A stretch of 64,000 bases of DNA from Flaccisagitta enflata (lineage: Eukaryota): the NCBI GenBank assembly GCA_965153355.1, contig OZ231126.1, positions 46,128,001 to 46,192,000 on the forward strand, given 5' to 3'. Under the pieces are notes generated by a model, which saw only the letters and a program-made list of their open reading frames with translations, did not search any database and was not told the origin of the DNA. The position numbers and the translations under genes were made by a program. This document shows positions 1-18,586 of the stretch, in pieces. The number at the start of each line of letters is the position of its first letter. The first letter of the stretch is position 1.

Positions 1-390
1 TGCTAGAAATTTTCATATTCTAAAAAACTAAGCAAAACCACTCAATCCAAAGGGAAATGCTTTGAAGACCACAGAAGACCATGCATATTCTTGATAAAAA
101 TTGAAAGATATGCAGGTCAGCCAGCAGCTAAAAATTTATCGAAATCGATGAATATGCTTTGTATGAACAATATGACCAAAGAAAATTCTGTTTGTCTTCA
201 AATCAGTGTTTGATATCATGTTTCATCAATTTAGTGATAAATATCGATTTTCTTTTCTTTGTTTTGTTTGTTTTGTTTTGTTTGTTTTTTTTTTTTTTGT
301 TTTTTTGTTTTTTTTTCAATAGGAAACTCACAATTCTAAAAGTCATTGTGTGCCGATCAATAGCAATGCATCAACTTCATCAAGTTGGCA

Positions 391-607
391 TTTTTAGTCG
401 CTGGCTAAGCGACTCTATAAGACGGTGTGTCCCTTGGTCCGTCCATCCGTCCGTATTGCGAAATTTCGGATGTCGCGAAATCGACTGAAAAAAGTTATTT
501 CTGAGCACTACTGCCCCCGCCCTGCCCCATACTGCTCCTGCCCACTCGTGCCACTGATCCTGCTCACCAGCCAGCCACCACTTATTGTCAGTGTATCCGG
601 CCTTGTT
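391..607 (+). mobile_element. HINE / DINE-1-like non-autonomous Helentron (family A)
   Basis: 5' T-run, then hairpin agtcgc..gcgact, a (GTCC)-like microsatellite and 3' end gtgtatccggccttgtt, the same architecture as many other copies in the window. Confidence 0.65.
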
Positions 608-639
608 CGCCAACGGCCGTGCGTGAACGCGCTTCCAAG

Positions 640-1639
640 GTATCTACATGGCGTCATCTGTCGAGAATTCATGTCAAGCCTGGAACTGCAAAATAGTGCC
701 GTTGGGATACGATGAAAAAGACAGACCAAATAATATAGAAGATGAACACCAAGACAATGATGATGTCTGTCCCGATGACAACGTAGGTGGAAATGAAAGT
801 GGAGAGAAGTGTCAGCATCGAGGCAGCTTGGAGCATCCCGAAAATGATGCTGCAGATGCTGCAGATGCTGCAGATGATGATGATATCAAGCCGGTGCATG
901 ACCACATCGTCGGAGGCGACGAGGTGTTTGATCATTTAGGCAACTTGGAGCATCTTCGTCATTTGCTGCCGTCGGAATTACGGCAAACGCTCAAAGCGAA
1001 TCGTCTTTATTGGATGACGGATCGAACCCCGCACGAATCACTGCCTTTGCCAGTTAGTATACCAGCAAGAAAAGTCATGACCTACCGTTTTTCCTGCATT
1101 TATCGTTCTCTCTCTTATCAGCGCCCCCCTTTTCCACATAAAAAAACTTCTGACAAACATAGATTTTTATCAAAAACTTTTTTTTTAAATTCATTGTAGA
1201 TTAATTGTTTTTACGTGGAAACAATAAAAAAGAAGCTTTAAAAGTTTTCCACTGGATTGAAGTATGAAAAGTTTGATAAAAGTTTATATACAGTTTGTAT
1301 TTATTGAGATATCTTTGAATAGGGGGCGCTAAAAACAAATTATTCATTCCAAATTCAACAGCGCCCTGTGCGCTAATTACAAGAAATACGGTAATCTCAT
1401 TAATCTGTAATGATTCTGTTTGTAGTACCAAAAGAAATTCGTTTTTGAACAGTAGTTGTTTTTGTTTCTCTCAGGATGGAACTTATCGTCAATTTTTCCG
1501 TTTGGTGATGAGTCGCGTTAGTCTTTGGTACGAAGACCATTCAACTCCGAATCCAAACGGAGTTAAGCCAAATCCGGATGTTACCAAAATCGTGAGGGGC
1601 AACAAATTTGGAACTGAAGGCGTTTATGTTGTTGAATAA
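640..1639 (+). CDS. 3' part of a spliced gene (exons 640-1052 and 1475-1639; upstream exons not located) for an uncharacterised protein, possibly 2OG-Fe(II) dioxygenase-like
   Basis: Acceptor ttccaAG at 639 follows an in-frame TGA at 624-626. Donor cca|GTTAGT at 1053 is phase 0 and joins acceptor tttgtttctctcAG|gat at 1475 in frame. Spliced product: (G)IYMASSVENSCQAWNCKI...LEHLRHLL...LYWMTDRTPHESLPLP|DGTYRQFFRLVMSRVSLWYEDHSTPNPNGVKPNPDVTKIVRGNKFGTEGVYVVE*. AATAAA overlaps the stop (1635-1640). The function is inferred from the H...RxFxR motif only. Confidence 0.75.
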
Positions 1640-1766
1640 ATCAATTCCCCGGTTTGTTGTGTTCGGGAGTTTTTTTTTCTCGAGAAAACATGCATTCAAT
1701 CAAAGCAAAAAAGAGAGTATAGAATAATGTCATCATCGACAACACATAAGGCATGACAGGGGTCGG

Positions 1767-2057
1767 TTTTTAGATGCGTCCGTCAGGAACGCATCTCTAT
1801 AAGAGGGTCCGTCCGTCCGTCCGTCCGTCCGTCCGTCCGTCGGTCGGTCGGTCGGTCCGTTACGCCTGTGCAAAAACCGCGTTTCTCGGCTGTTTTTGGC
1901 CACGGTGAGATCCTACATTGAAACAATTGATCAACCAACATGTTTTGAGAGTCTTTTCACCCGTCTTTTCGTCCATCTGTCTCTCCATACATATGTCACA
2001 TGATCAATTCACGCTGAGACACAGCCCGGACGCATCGTTGTCCGGTCGGGCTTGTTT
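1767..2057 (+). mobile_element. HINE-like element (family A variant)
   Basis: ttttt-agatgcgt..acgcatct hairpin, (GTCC)n(GTCG)n tract, 3' cgcatc repeat, hairpin and cttgttt end. Confidence 0.6.
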
Positions 2058-2303
2058 TGTTTCGTTTATATTCTTTTTATAGTGTAATGTTCAATAGAAC
2101 TACACCCTGACTGTATACAATGCTATTAAGTAATGTTTTAATCCTTGAAGTCAAAGCTAGTAATAAAAATTGGTTTTGCACGTTGATGTGATACCGTATT
2201 CATGACTTCTCTACTTGTCCCAACTCCTTTGATCATCAGCCCTTAAATGCATAAGGTTGAACATGATGATAAGGGGAGCTGATTGCATGACTGCAATTTT
2301 GGT

Positions 2304-2506
2304 AAACAAAGCCGGATACACGGCTACCGAAGTCGCGTGCGGATGGGCAGGGGCCATTTTTTTGGGTCACTAGACCATTTGGGCAAGAGCGGTGTGGTCA
2401 AAGAAATAAAATCATAAAAAAAAGTAGTGTGACCGACGTACCAACCAACCGACCGACCGACCGACGGACAAAGCGGGTTGTAGAGTCGCGTGCACGCAAC
2501 TAAAAA
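2304..2506 (-). mobile_element. HINE family A copy
   Basis: Reverse orientation: aaacaaagccggatacacggc...agtcgcgtgc...(CCGA)n...tagagtcgcgtgcacgcaactaaaaa. Confidence 0.7.
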
Positions 2507-2739
2507 TCCTGTTTAACAAAGCCACCCTATGTTTTTCAGAGCTCTCAGAGAGGATACCTTCTTTAAATTCTTTTCGACGTGCTTGTTGTTTCCTGCAGAT
2601 GTTGTTTCTTTTGTGAAGCCCAAAAACATTGTATTCTAATATTAACTTGGTTTTTTTTTGTGAGGAAGAAAAAATTCCGATATTTTCTGCTTCATTCTTG
2701 ATACTAAGTTTCAGAAACGATCTTCAGTATCTAACATGA

Positions 2740-3285
<546 letters not shown>

Positions 3286-3934
3286 CATTGACGAAAGCTC
3301 ACCTTCCAAGTAACAGCCGAAGACGATCGCCACCTGAGGTGTGATTCGGTCGCTCGGGGTGACAATATTGCATGAATCGTTAATCCGCTGTGTCTCTTTC
3401 GAATCTTTCAAACTAGCAATGAAACTCAAAGGAAGCCTTGAAGATTTGTTTATTCGTCGCATGTTTTTTCTTGCGACGATGAGTTGATGATGCATTCACA
3501 TTCAACACATCGGTCATGATTCAGGCAGGCTCAGCCATGTGTTATTGGACAGGGACAGTGATACGATGAAGTGATTTTCACAGAAAAGATCGGGTTGGGG
3601 CTGAAGCAGTCCCGTCGTGGAGATTGTCACTCACGTCTTAGCTTTGACTTTTAAATGTAATGGCAACTGTTAAGTGTGGATGCACTTTGGCACAACGCAA
3701 TTATCCCTTTGTTTTAAGTGACACTAATTCCCGGGAATTTTCTTTGTAATTCCCGGGAATTCCCAGGAATTTTTTTGCAATTTCTTATAATTCCTGGGAA
3801 TTTTTTTGCAATTTCTTATAATTCCTGGGAATTAATATGAATTTATCATGTGATCTTGTTGATTCCTGGCACATTCCTGCTCACTGATTTTGGTTTTTTA
3901 CATGTTCCTGCTTATTCCTACTTGTTTTTGGGAA

Positions 3935-4815
3935 TGAACAGGAGTATGCAGGAATTAGCAGGAACATACTTAAAATCTGCATAAATAAGCAGAAACAGGT
4001 ATGAAACAAAAGGGAATAAGCAGGAACATGCATAAAATATGCAGGAATTAATGGGAACATGTAAAGAACATTCAGGAATTAGCAGGAACATGCATGAAAC
4101 AAGCAGGAATTAGCAGGAACATTCACGAGAAATGCATGAATCAACAGGAACATGTATGAAACATGTAGAAATTAGCAGGAACATGCATGAAACAAACAGA
4201 AATAGACAGGAACATGCATGAAACAAACAGGAATTAGCAGAAACATGCATGAAACAAACAGGAATTAGCAGGAACATGCATGAAACAAGCAGGAATTTGC
4301 AGGAATATGCATGAGACATACATGAATTAGCAGGAACATGCATGAAACATCCAGGAATTATCAGGAACATGCATGAAACAAGCAGGAATAAGCAGGAATA
4401 TGCATGAAACAAGCAGGAATTAACGGGAACATGCATGAAACAAGCAGGAATTAGCAAGAACATGCATGAAACAAGCAGGAATTAGCAAGAACATGCATGA
4501 AACATACAGGAATTAGCAGGAACATGCATGAAACATCCAGGAATTAGCGGGAACATGCATGAAACAAGCAGGAATATGCAGAAATATGCATGAAACAAGC
4601 AGGAATTAGCAGGAACATGCATGAAACAAGCAGGAATTAGCAGAAACATGCATGAAATTTTCAGGAATTAGCAGGAATATGCATAAAACATACAGGAATT
4701 AGCAGGAACATGCATGAAACATCCAGGAATTAGCAGGAACATATATGAAACAAGTAGGAATTTGCATGAAACAAGCAGGAATAAGCAGGAACACGTAAGA
4801 AATATGCAGGAATTA
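3935..4815. repeat. 31-bp minisatellite (gcaggaatta-gcaggaacat-gcatgaaacaa)
   Basis: Tandem units are visible, each built from three related 10/10/11-bp subunits. Confidence 0.9.
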
Positions 4816-5356
4816 GCAAAAAAAATTTTAGCAAAAAAAATTTTTGAGAAAAAACATTTTAGCGAGAAAAAAATTTTTTTAATTTTTGAAAATTTCAGCG
4901 AGAAAAAATTTTAGCGAGAAAAAATTTTAACGAGGAAAAATTTTGGCGAGAAAAAATTCTAGCGAGAAAAATTTTAACAAAAAAATTTCTAAGGAAAAAA
5001 ATTCAAGCGAAAAAAGATTTTGAAAATAAAAATTTCAGCGAGAAAAAATTTTAGCAAGAGAAAATCTTAACGCAAAAAAATTTTAGCAAGAAAAAAATCT
5101 TCAGCGAGAACAATTTTTGCGAGAAAAAATGTTAGCGAAAAAAAATTTCAGCGAAAAAAAGTTGAGCAAAACAAATTTTAGTGAAAAAAAATTTTGAAAA
5201 AAAACCTTTTAGCGAGAAAAAATTTTAACGAAAAAATTTTTAAAAAGATTTTTAAAAATTGTAGCAAGAAAAAATTTTAGTGAAAAAAGATTTTAGCGAG
5301 GAAAAATTTTAGCGAGGAAAAATTTTAGCGAAAAAAAATTTTAGGGAAAAAAATTT
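4816..5356. repeat. ~20-bp A-tract minisatellite (aaaaaattttagcgag-like)
   Basis: Tandem degenerate units are visible. Confidence 0.85.
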
Positions 5357-5514
5357 GACTATCATCTAGTATCTGGGATTGAGAAAAACTGTTAGTATAA
5401 AGGACGCATGGTGGAAAAGCTTCATTGAAACTGACGTCTAATATGATTCAAAACAAAGATAAGATGTGATACACCACCCCTAATCCACCTAACCCTAAAC
5501 CCCTAACTCCATTG

Positions 5515-5568
<54 letters not shown>

Positions 5569-6019
5569 TAGTCTCTTTCCCTTGTACTATGACGTATTAG
5601 TTTCTCTACCAATTTTCAAGAAAGAAAACGCACTTAGAAGTAATGACTTATCGGTTTTTGTTCGGCCAGTTTTCAATTGAGGAAATCTCGCCTGCCCGCC
5701 ACTAGAGTGAGATCACAACCTTAATTAATTAATCGGAAGACAATAAAATGTCAAAAAAACCTCACTTTGATTAATATTAAGTTAGGGAAGCCAGCTTTTG
5801 AATCCGGGAATTCCCGGGAATTCCCGGGAATTCCCGGGAATTCCCGGGAATTTCCGGAAATCGAATGATAAAAATCATCCTCATTCCTGAATCAGGAATC
5901 AGGATTCAGGAATCAGGCGTCAGAAATCAGGAATTCAGGAATGACAAAGAATCACTCCCGGGAATTAATGTCACTATTATTTGCGTTGTGTTTGGCGCAC
6001 GTCTTTTAATCCAAGTCCA

Positions 6020-6107
6020 ACGTCATATTGACGTCAGAACGCCTCCGTTTTCATGCCGACGTTTTAGTAGCAGTTTCTGTCGCGAAACATCGAATAGCAT
6101 GACGTCA
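6020..6107. promoter_or_regulatory. Pair of palindromic CRE sites (TGACGTCA at 6029-6036 and 6100-6107) plus a half-site
   Basis: Exact matches to the CREB/ATF consensus within a short CpG-rich patch. Function is inferred. Confidence 0.35.
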
Positions 6108-6167
6108 ATCGTGCTGAAAAAATATTCTGACGAACCAAGAATTCGACATGCTGACATTTCTTTAAAA

Positions 6168-6964
6168 GTTCATTCATTCATTCATTCATTCATTCATTCA
6201 TTCATTCATTCATTCGTTCGTTCATTCATTCATTCATTCATTCATTCATTCATTCATTCATTTATTCATTCGTCCATTCATCCATTCATTCATTCGATAA
6301 AACCTCATATCAAGACGAGTCCCCCTATCTCCCACCTCCCCTTCGTTGTTACTCCTTGTTACGCCATCTCCTCTCTCATTTATCCCTTGCTTGACTCAAG
6401 GCTTGAGTCAAGCACGTGGAATGATTGGATTGAATGCCATGACCCACTTGAGTACGAAGGTTGAATTATTGAAAACTTAAAAAACAAAATAGTATCGAAT
6501 GCCAAGAAAGATCGAAATCGCGAGAGGCTGTCGAGAAGAAAAAAAAACAGTTGGGAAAAAAATAGTAAAAACACGTGAAGGTGACCATCAGTCTTGAAAT
6601 AAAAGGTACATGAATGAATGAATGAATGAATGAATGAATGAAGGAATGAATGAATAAATGAATGAATGTATGAATGAATGAATGAATGAATGAATGAATG
6701 AATGAATGAATGAACAAATGAATGAATGAATGAATGAATGAATGACAAAACAAACGGAAAAATAGCATGAACAATTGACCATGATTCATGATTTTTAAGT
6801 GAGTGCATGAATGAATGAATGAATGAATGAATGAATGAATGAATGAATGAATGAATCAATGAATAAATGAATGAATAAATGAATGAATGGATGAACCAAA
6901 CAGACCAAACAGACCAAACAGACCAAACAGAAGAACATTCAAAGTTAAAAAGAATGATTGAAAA

Positions 6965-7036
<72 letters not shown>

Positions 7037-7065
7037 GAGAAAGAAAGAAAGAAAGAAAGAAAGAG

Positions 7066-7140
<75 letters not shown>

Positions 7141-7162
7141 AAAAGAAAGAAAAAAAGAAAGT

Positions 7163-7194
<32 letters not shown>

Positions 7195-7198
7195 AGGA
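6168..7198. repeat. Tetranucleotide microsatellites (ATTC)n 6168-6295, (GAAT)n 6610-6895, (GAAA)n 6962-7198
   Basis: Directly visible. Confidence 0.95.
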
Positions 7199-7980
7199 GA
7201 ATATAAAGGGACCGAGGTAGAAAGAAAGGGAGTAAAAGTGAAACTTCAGTGGTTCGGGGTCTCCGGGTTAAAAGTAAATGATCATCGAGGCGATTTTGGA
7301 ACCTGGCAACCAAAACGAAAAAAAAAAGAACTTGTGATAGAGAAATCCTGACTGCAGATCAATGCAGAAAAGGAGCCAGCTGAACGACGACAGACGACGC
7401 TTGCGCTTGTGAGTGTCAAATGTGACTGACAAAACCAATGACCAAATCAAGTATAAATTAAGTTACAAATACAAATTTTACAATATTCTTCATAGATTGA
7501 TAATCATTCATCTTAGATAAGTCATACATTAGGTACGTCATTCTTCTCCTGTCATGTCATGAATTTCGCAAACTTAATGTCTTTAAACTACCTCAATGGC
7601 TGCATCCGTGATATTAGGGATAGTTACTGAAAATATAAATACCCGGATTGCCTTCCTCTTTCGCAATTTTCTCATGTTTAGTCACGTATCTAAGATATTC
7701 CCAAGTCAGCAATATTGGGCAAGGATCTTATTCGATCGCACAAGGATAAGTCGTTCTTTCATTAGTATGATTGTGCTCAGAATATGCGTTATTTTTCTTT
7801 GCCTCTCTGTCCATCCGTCTGTAATTTCGTTTACCGACTCTCAGTCTATCCTTCTGTCCGCTTGACTATAAATCTGTCTGCCTGCCCTTCTCACTTGCCT
7901 GTCAGTCTGTCTGTCTGCCTGCCCTTCTCACTTGTCTTTGTCTCTGTGTCTATTTTTGTCATTGTCCCTGTCTGTCTGTC

Positions 7981-14150
<6,170 letters not shown>

Positions 14151-15040
14151 TCGCAAACAGTGACTTTTCCCCCTTTTCCCACATCTCCAAAGAGTTTCAC
14201 CGTGCTCTCTAATAAGCTGCTGTTGCTTCTCCTGCTGAACTCCATCTTCTTCCGACCCCAAAAATATGAGGATGGAAGGAGTGTGATAATAAAAGTCTTC
14301 CTCTTTCCTCTCTCACAGAAAAAAAGAAGAAAAAAGAATGACTTTCACAACAACTCTCATAAAGAGACTGCGAAGGAATGGATAAAAGAGTAAAATGATT
14401 GAAAATCCAAAGCTTAACAAAAGCCGCGAACCAGGAGAAGAAGAAAGAAAAAAAAAGAAAGCGACGAAAATGCGAGGAAATTTAGGCTCTCTTTAAAACA
14501 CGAGCTGTTAAATACCGATTGCGGATTATTTAATCGAGTGCCGGGGATAAAGAAAGAGAAACACTGAAAGACAAAACTCATAAGTGTCAAAAAGAAAAAA
14601 AAAGAAAGAAAGGAAGAAAGAGAGAAAGAGAGAGAGAAACAAATGTAATTGAGAGGCAATCGAAAAGACTTTGCCAAGGAACAAATTAACATGTATTTTC
14701 ATATCCTTCCGATTGGATTATAGCCACGATTGAAATCACAGTGGTTGACTAATAATTCGTTTAGTAAAGTCCCTCTGTCTCTCAGTCTCACTCATGTTTT
14801 TCCCCTTCGATTACATGAACTGAGAAGGGTGGAATTAACCAGAAAAGAAAACTTCGAGAATATCGATCGATATTAGCCAAAAAAGAAACTGTACAACGAG
14901 AAATTGAAATCAATCAAACTTTAATTTTCATTTCTCGTGATCGAGCACGTGTTGATAGTTAAAACTGAAAAAAAAAATGTGAATGTAGTTCCGTGATTCT
15001 TTATCTTCGACGTCAAACCTTCGTTTAAAACAACAACAAT

Positions 15041-15143
<103 letters not shown>

Positions 15144-15306
15144 TCAACATCAACGTCAACAACATCAACATCAACATCAACAACAACGTCAACTACAAAA
15201 TGTAGCACTACGGCTATCAAATACACAAAAGCGACTAATCAGCCTATCAATCTATCAATCAACCAGCCATCAAACTATACAAATAAATTTCCCCACGCCA
15301 CTCACA

Positions 15307-17874
15307 ATGACCATGACTGTGGAACGAGCGCGTCTTTCGACCATCATCAAAAAGTCTGAGACTAAATTGAACCTTTTGAACTTTAAGCCTCGTTGGCGAC
15401 GCGGCAAACGCGCCGACGAGGCGAGACTTGAACGATGCGTCCTCGTCACCGCCATCTTGAAAAAAGCGGAATCGACGCTCAGAAAATACGTCGATGGACT
15501 CAAATTGAACGAGGTCGATGGCGAAGTCGGAGCAACTTCAACACCATCAACGTCATCATCAACGTCATCGTCATCATCATCAACGCCTTATTCCTCCACC
15601 GCAGCTGCCGACTCAACGTCCTCAAACGTCTCGTCCATGTTAATTGCGAATGACTCTTCTCTTACGTCTACGTCGCCAAATCAAAGTGACTATGAACGAT
15701 TATCTACGTCGGAAACTACGAGAAACAATCTGCCGGCGCTGGAGTACGATGACGTATATTACGAACCGGGAGGCTCCGATGAAGATGACGAAACGACGAT
15801 GATGACGACGACGAAATCATCGAGAAAGCGACGTATTCGAGGTGGAACTCGCGTCGATGAAGACGATGATGAGGAGGATGACGAAGATGACGATAACGAA
15901 GACAATGATGACAATGACGACGATGAAGATGACAACGAAGAAGATGCGGTTCGAAGTGACCGGTCACGCGCTAGTATCTTTAACGGACGTTTCCGGTTTC
16001 GATCGATTGGCGAGCCACTCCGCATCCGAAGGTTGCAGAAGCAACGCAGATTCGACACTGAGGAGGCCGAGGAGGAGGAGGTAGGAAGAGATGAGGAGGA
16101 GGTGACTTCTTCCTCTACTTATTACCGAGATACGACGACGCCATTTCCGGTTTACGAAGACGACGCCGATTCATCGGCGAATGACATGAGTAGCGGTGCC
16201 GCCAGTGATGACGGCGCCACAATAGTGAGCGCCAATGGGTCGACGTTTCTCGACGGCGGCGTCGCGATCGTGCAACCGGAAGCGCCGGAAGCGACGCCTT
16301 CTTTGAACAATCACGGCGCCGTCGTGGATGTGGTTTCGACGGAAACCAGCGCTGGGTCGGGGACCAACGCCGCTTTCGACGCCGCCGTTTTGACGCGAGT
16401 CTCTTCCGAAGTTATGGACTTCTCTTCTTGGTTGATGATGAACGGCGGAGACGCCAGTGATTTGTCACTCTTCGGCGCCGCCTCTTCCTCCACTCCCTCG
16501 TCGGATTCAAAAATCGGCGTCGCGGTGAGCAACTTTGACGGCGGGAATTGGACTCAGGCCTCCTGGTGGGATGCCGCCTTTACTCAATCAAGTGACAATA
16601 ATATCACCACCGCGGCCTCGATTGTCACGACGTCGAATAGTTCTTCAGGCGTCACTGCGTTTCCCGAAATCGCCCCTCAATTGTCATCAATAACGACGCA
16701 ACCGACAACGTCATCAACATCGTCGTTGCCGTCATCCTCTTCCTCTCCACAAGCGGAAGATCGACATTCGTTAAAAACGCCGCCACCGCAGGATAACAAC
16801 GAAGTCAACCAACCTTTTACGTCTTGTCCATCGTTGTCACCTACTCTAATGAGATCTCAATCTGCGTTTGATACTCCGGATTTCGCTCCCGTCTTCTCGA
16901 CGGCGAATTTCGCGAATCCGTTTTTCATTTCAGAAACTTCTTCCGCTTCTTCCGCCTCCAACGCCTTCTTCCCCTCCTCCTCCTCCTCCTCATCGGATGA
17001 AATTCCCACTCCCGAGGATCTTAGCTGTCATAGGCGTAGAGACGATGAGATCTCGACAGATGCAACGACGACGACAAGTTTCACGAATGATGATGAAGTT
17101 TCTTCATCCTCATCCCCTCTTGACGATCTTTTCCGCAGTGATGACGACGATGACGATGACGACGATGAAAATGATGTTGAAGATCAAAACGAAAACAAAC
17201 TTTTTGAGACTCGTAAATCATCATGGACGCCCAGTCTTTCTTCCTCTCCAGCGTTTGTGACCTCGCTTTCATCGTCACCCTCTTCTCCATCTCCCTCCTT
17301 ATCGTCCTCACAACCCATCTCATCTACTACTTCATCTTCCTGTTCCTCCGCATCTCTGTCCTCCTGCGATTCATCCTCTTGCCTTTCTGTTTCCCTCTTC
17401 TCCTCCTCCTCCTCCTGCACAGCATCTGCAACATCCTCGACGACGCAGCCACCGTCGACGGCTTCGACATCATTGTCATCGTCAACCTTACCGCAGTTGT
17501 CAACGTCGACATCATCAACTACGTGTCCTTCCGCTTTCCCTTTAAACTATATCTCTACCGAGTCAAACTTTGGAATCAAAAGACGAAGACTCGAAACCGT
17601 CATTCATCAGATATGCAGTCAGCCTTCCATGACGACAACCACCACGATGACGACAGCCGCCGCCACTTCTTCGCCAGCAAATAACGTAAACAATATCAAC
17701 AATAACGATTACAACAACGTCATCATCTGCGGTAGTAGCGGCAATAAAGAGACAACTCGAAAACTCTGCGATTGCGGCAATGATTCGTCTATGAATTTCA
17801 TACGCGAAAACGATGTCGACAACGACGACGTGGAGAACTGGAGCCCCAGCCGGAAGCGCAATCAGTCGGCTTGA
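15307..17874 (+). CDS. Intronless 855-aa protein: N-terminal SERTA/IER-like helical module plus a Ser/Thr/Asp-rich disordered tail
   Basis: A 2568-nt uninterrupted ORF, GC/CpG-rich relative to its flanks and not a simple repeat. The N-terminus ERARLSTIIKKSETKL...EARLERCVLVTAILKKAESTL fits the SERTA/IER pattern (S-x-x-K-L...E-x-x-L-x-R-x-V-L-[IV]-x-x-x-L). Basic NLS-like motifs SRKRRIR, IKRRRL and C-terminal SPSRKR are present. Confidence 0.8.
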   Translation: MTMTVERARLSTIIKKSETKLNLLNFKPRWRRGKRADEARLERCVLVTAILKKAESTLRKYVDGLKLNEVDGEVGATSTPSTSSSTSSSSSSTPYSSTAAADSTSSNVSSMLIANDSSLTSTSPNQSDYERLSTSETTRNNLPALEYDDVYYEPGGSDEDDETTMMTTTKSSRKRRIRGGTRVDEDDDEEDDEDDDNEDNDDNDDDEDDNEEDAVRSDRSRASIFNGRFRFRSIGEPLRIRRLQKQRRFDTEEAEEEEVGRDEEEVTSSSTYYRDTTTPFPVYEDDADSSANDMSSGAASDDGATIVSANGSTFLDGGVAIVQPEAPEATPSLNNHGAVVDVVSTETSAGSGTNAAFDAAVLTRVSSEVMDFSSWLMMNGGDASDLSLFGAASSSTPSSDSKIGVAVSNFDGGNWTQASWWDAAFTQSSDNNITTAASIVTTSNSSSGVTAFPEIAPQLSSITTQPTTSSTSSLPSSSSSPQAEDRHSLKTPPPQDNNEVNQPFTSCPSLSPTLMRSQSAFDTPDFAPVFSTANFANPFFISETSSASSASNAFFPSSSSSSSDEIPTPEDLSCHRRRDDEISTDATTTTSFTNDDEVSSSSSPLDDLFRSDDDDDDDDDENDVEDQNENKLFETRKSSWTPSLSSSPAFVTSLSSSPSSPSPSLSSSQPISSTTSSSCSSASLSSCDSSSCLSVSLFSSSSSCTASATSSTTQPPSTASTSLSSSTLPQLSTSTSSTTCPSAFPLNYISTESNFGIKRRRLETVIHQICSQPSMTTTTTMTTAAATSSPANNVNNINNNDYNNVIICGSSGNKETTRKLCDCGNDSSMNFIRENDVDNDDVENWSPSRKRNQSA

Positions 17875-18525
17875 ACTTGTCGATAGCGTGCGCTTTAAAG
17901 CGGAATGTCAATATTTTTTATTCCGATACATCCAACAACAAAAGCGTGTTCCATTCTTACATGCATCAATGGCCGCATTACTGAGGTCAGGATCATCAAC
18001 TGGACTGCACACCTCCTGGTCAATTTATTTCGAGGGCGAGATATTTCCATCGTCATCACGATTCACCGCACAGTGGCTGTGTCTCCTCATCGTATTCAGC
18101 ATCAACTCGGATAAGCGTTGCAAATCCCGCATAGCCTGGCCTCGAAAAAACGCTTACAGGAAAGAAAACAAAATTCTATGAATGGAATGACGTTGGCTGT
18201 TGCTATGCAACGACTTGTCTTTTCTCAACGTGTGTCAATGGGGAACAGACGTCGAAGCAAAAAGGGGCAAACGCACGTAACGATTGCCGACTGAGACTAT
18301 CCCGCTCTTGGAACTCCTCGTACTTCTGTCAACTCATTTTCTACGCCTACGTCACCGTCTTTGACGCTCAAATATGTTGAACGAGTGTCACACCGCACTG
18401 ACGATCGTTGGTGCGATCTTTGCCGTCGTCACGCACCCCCGCACGCGCGAGTGACGCTGAAAGGATGTGCAATTCCTCGTTCGCCGAGCGTAGGCGTCTC
18501 TTTGGTTCTTGATTCTTCCTCCAAC

Positions 18526-18586
18526 TGACGTCATTGTATGCGCCAAAGACGTCGCGTGACGTAGATTCTAGTCAAGCCTGACGTCA
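18526..18586. promoter_or_regulatory. CRE cluster (TGACGTCA at 18526-18533 and 18579-18586, TGACG half-site at 18557)
   Basis: Exact matches about 650 bp downstream of the stop codon, with further TGACG/CGTCA half-sites across 18349-18460. Confidence 0.4.

Larger units (their letters stand above)
3717..5975. mobile_element. ~2.26-kb non-autonomous TIR element with internal minisatellites
   Basis: Left end agtgacactaattcccgggaattttctttgt matches the reverse complement of the right end, agtgacattaattcccgggagtgattctttgt. Subterminal TTCCCGGGAA repeats occur at both ends. No clean TSD is visible. Confidence 0.7.

Noticed and set aside
669..935. Minus-strand hydrophobic 88-aa ORF resembling a membrane protein
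   Set aside because: It is the antisense shadow of the Asp-rich plus-strand exon, which has the splice and poly(A) support.
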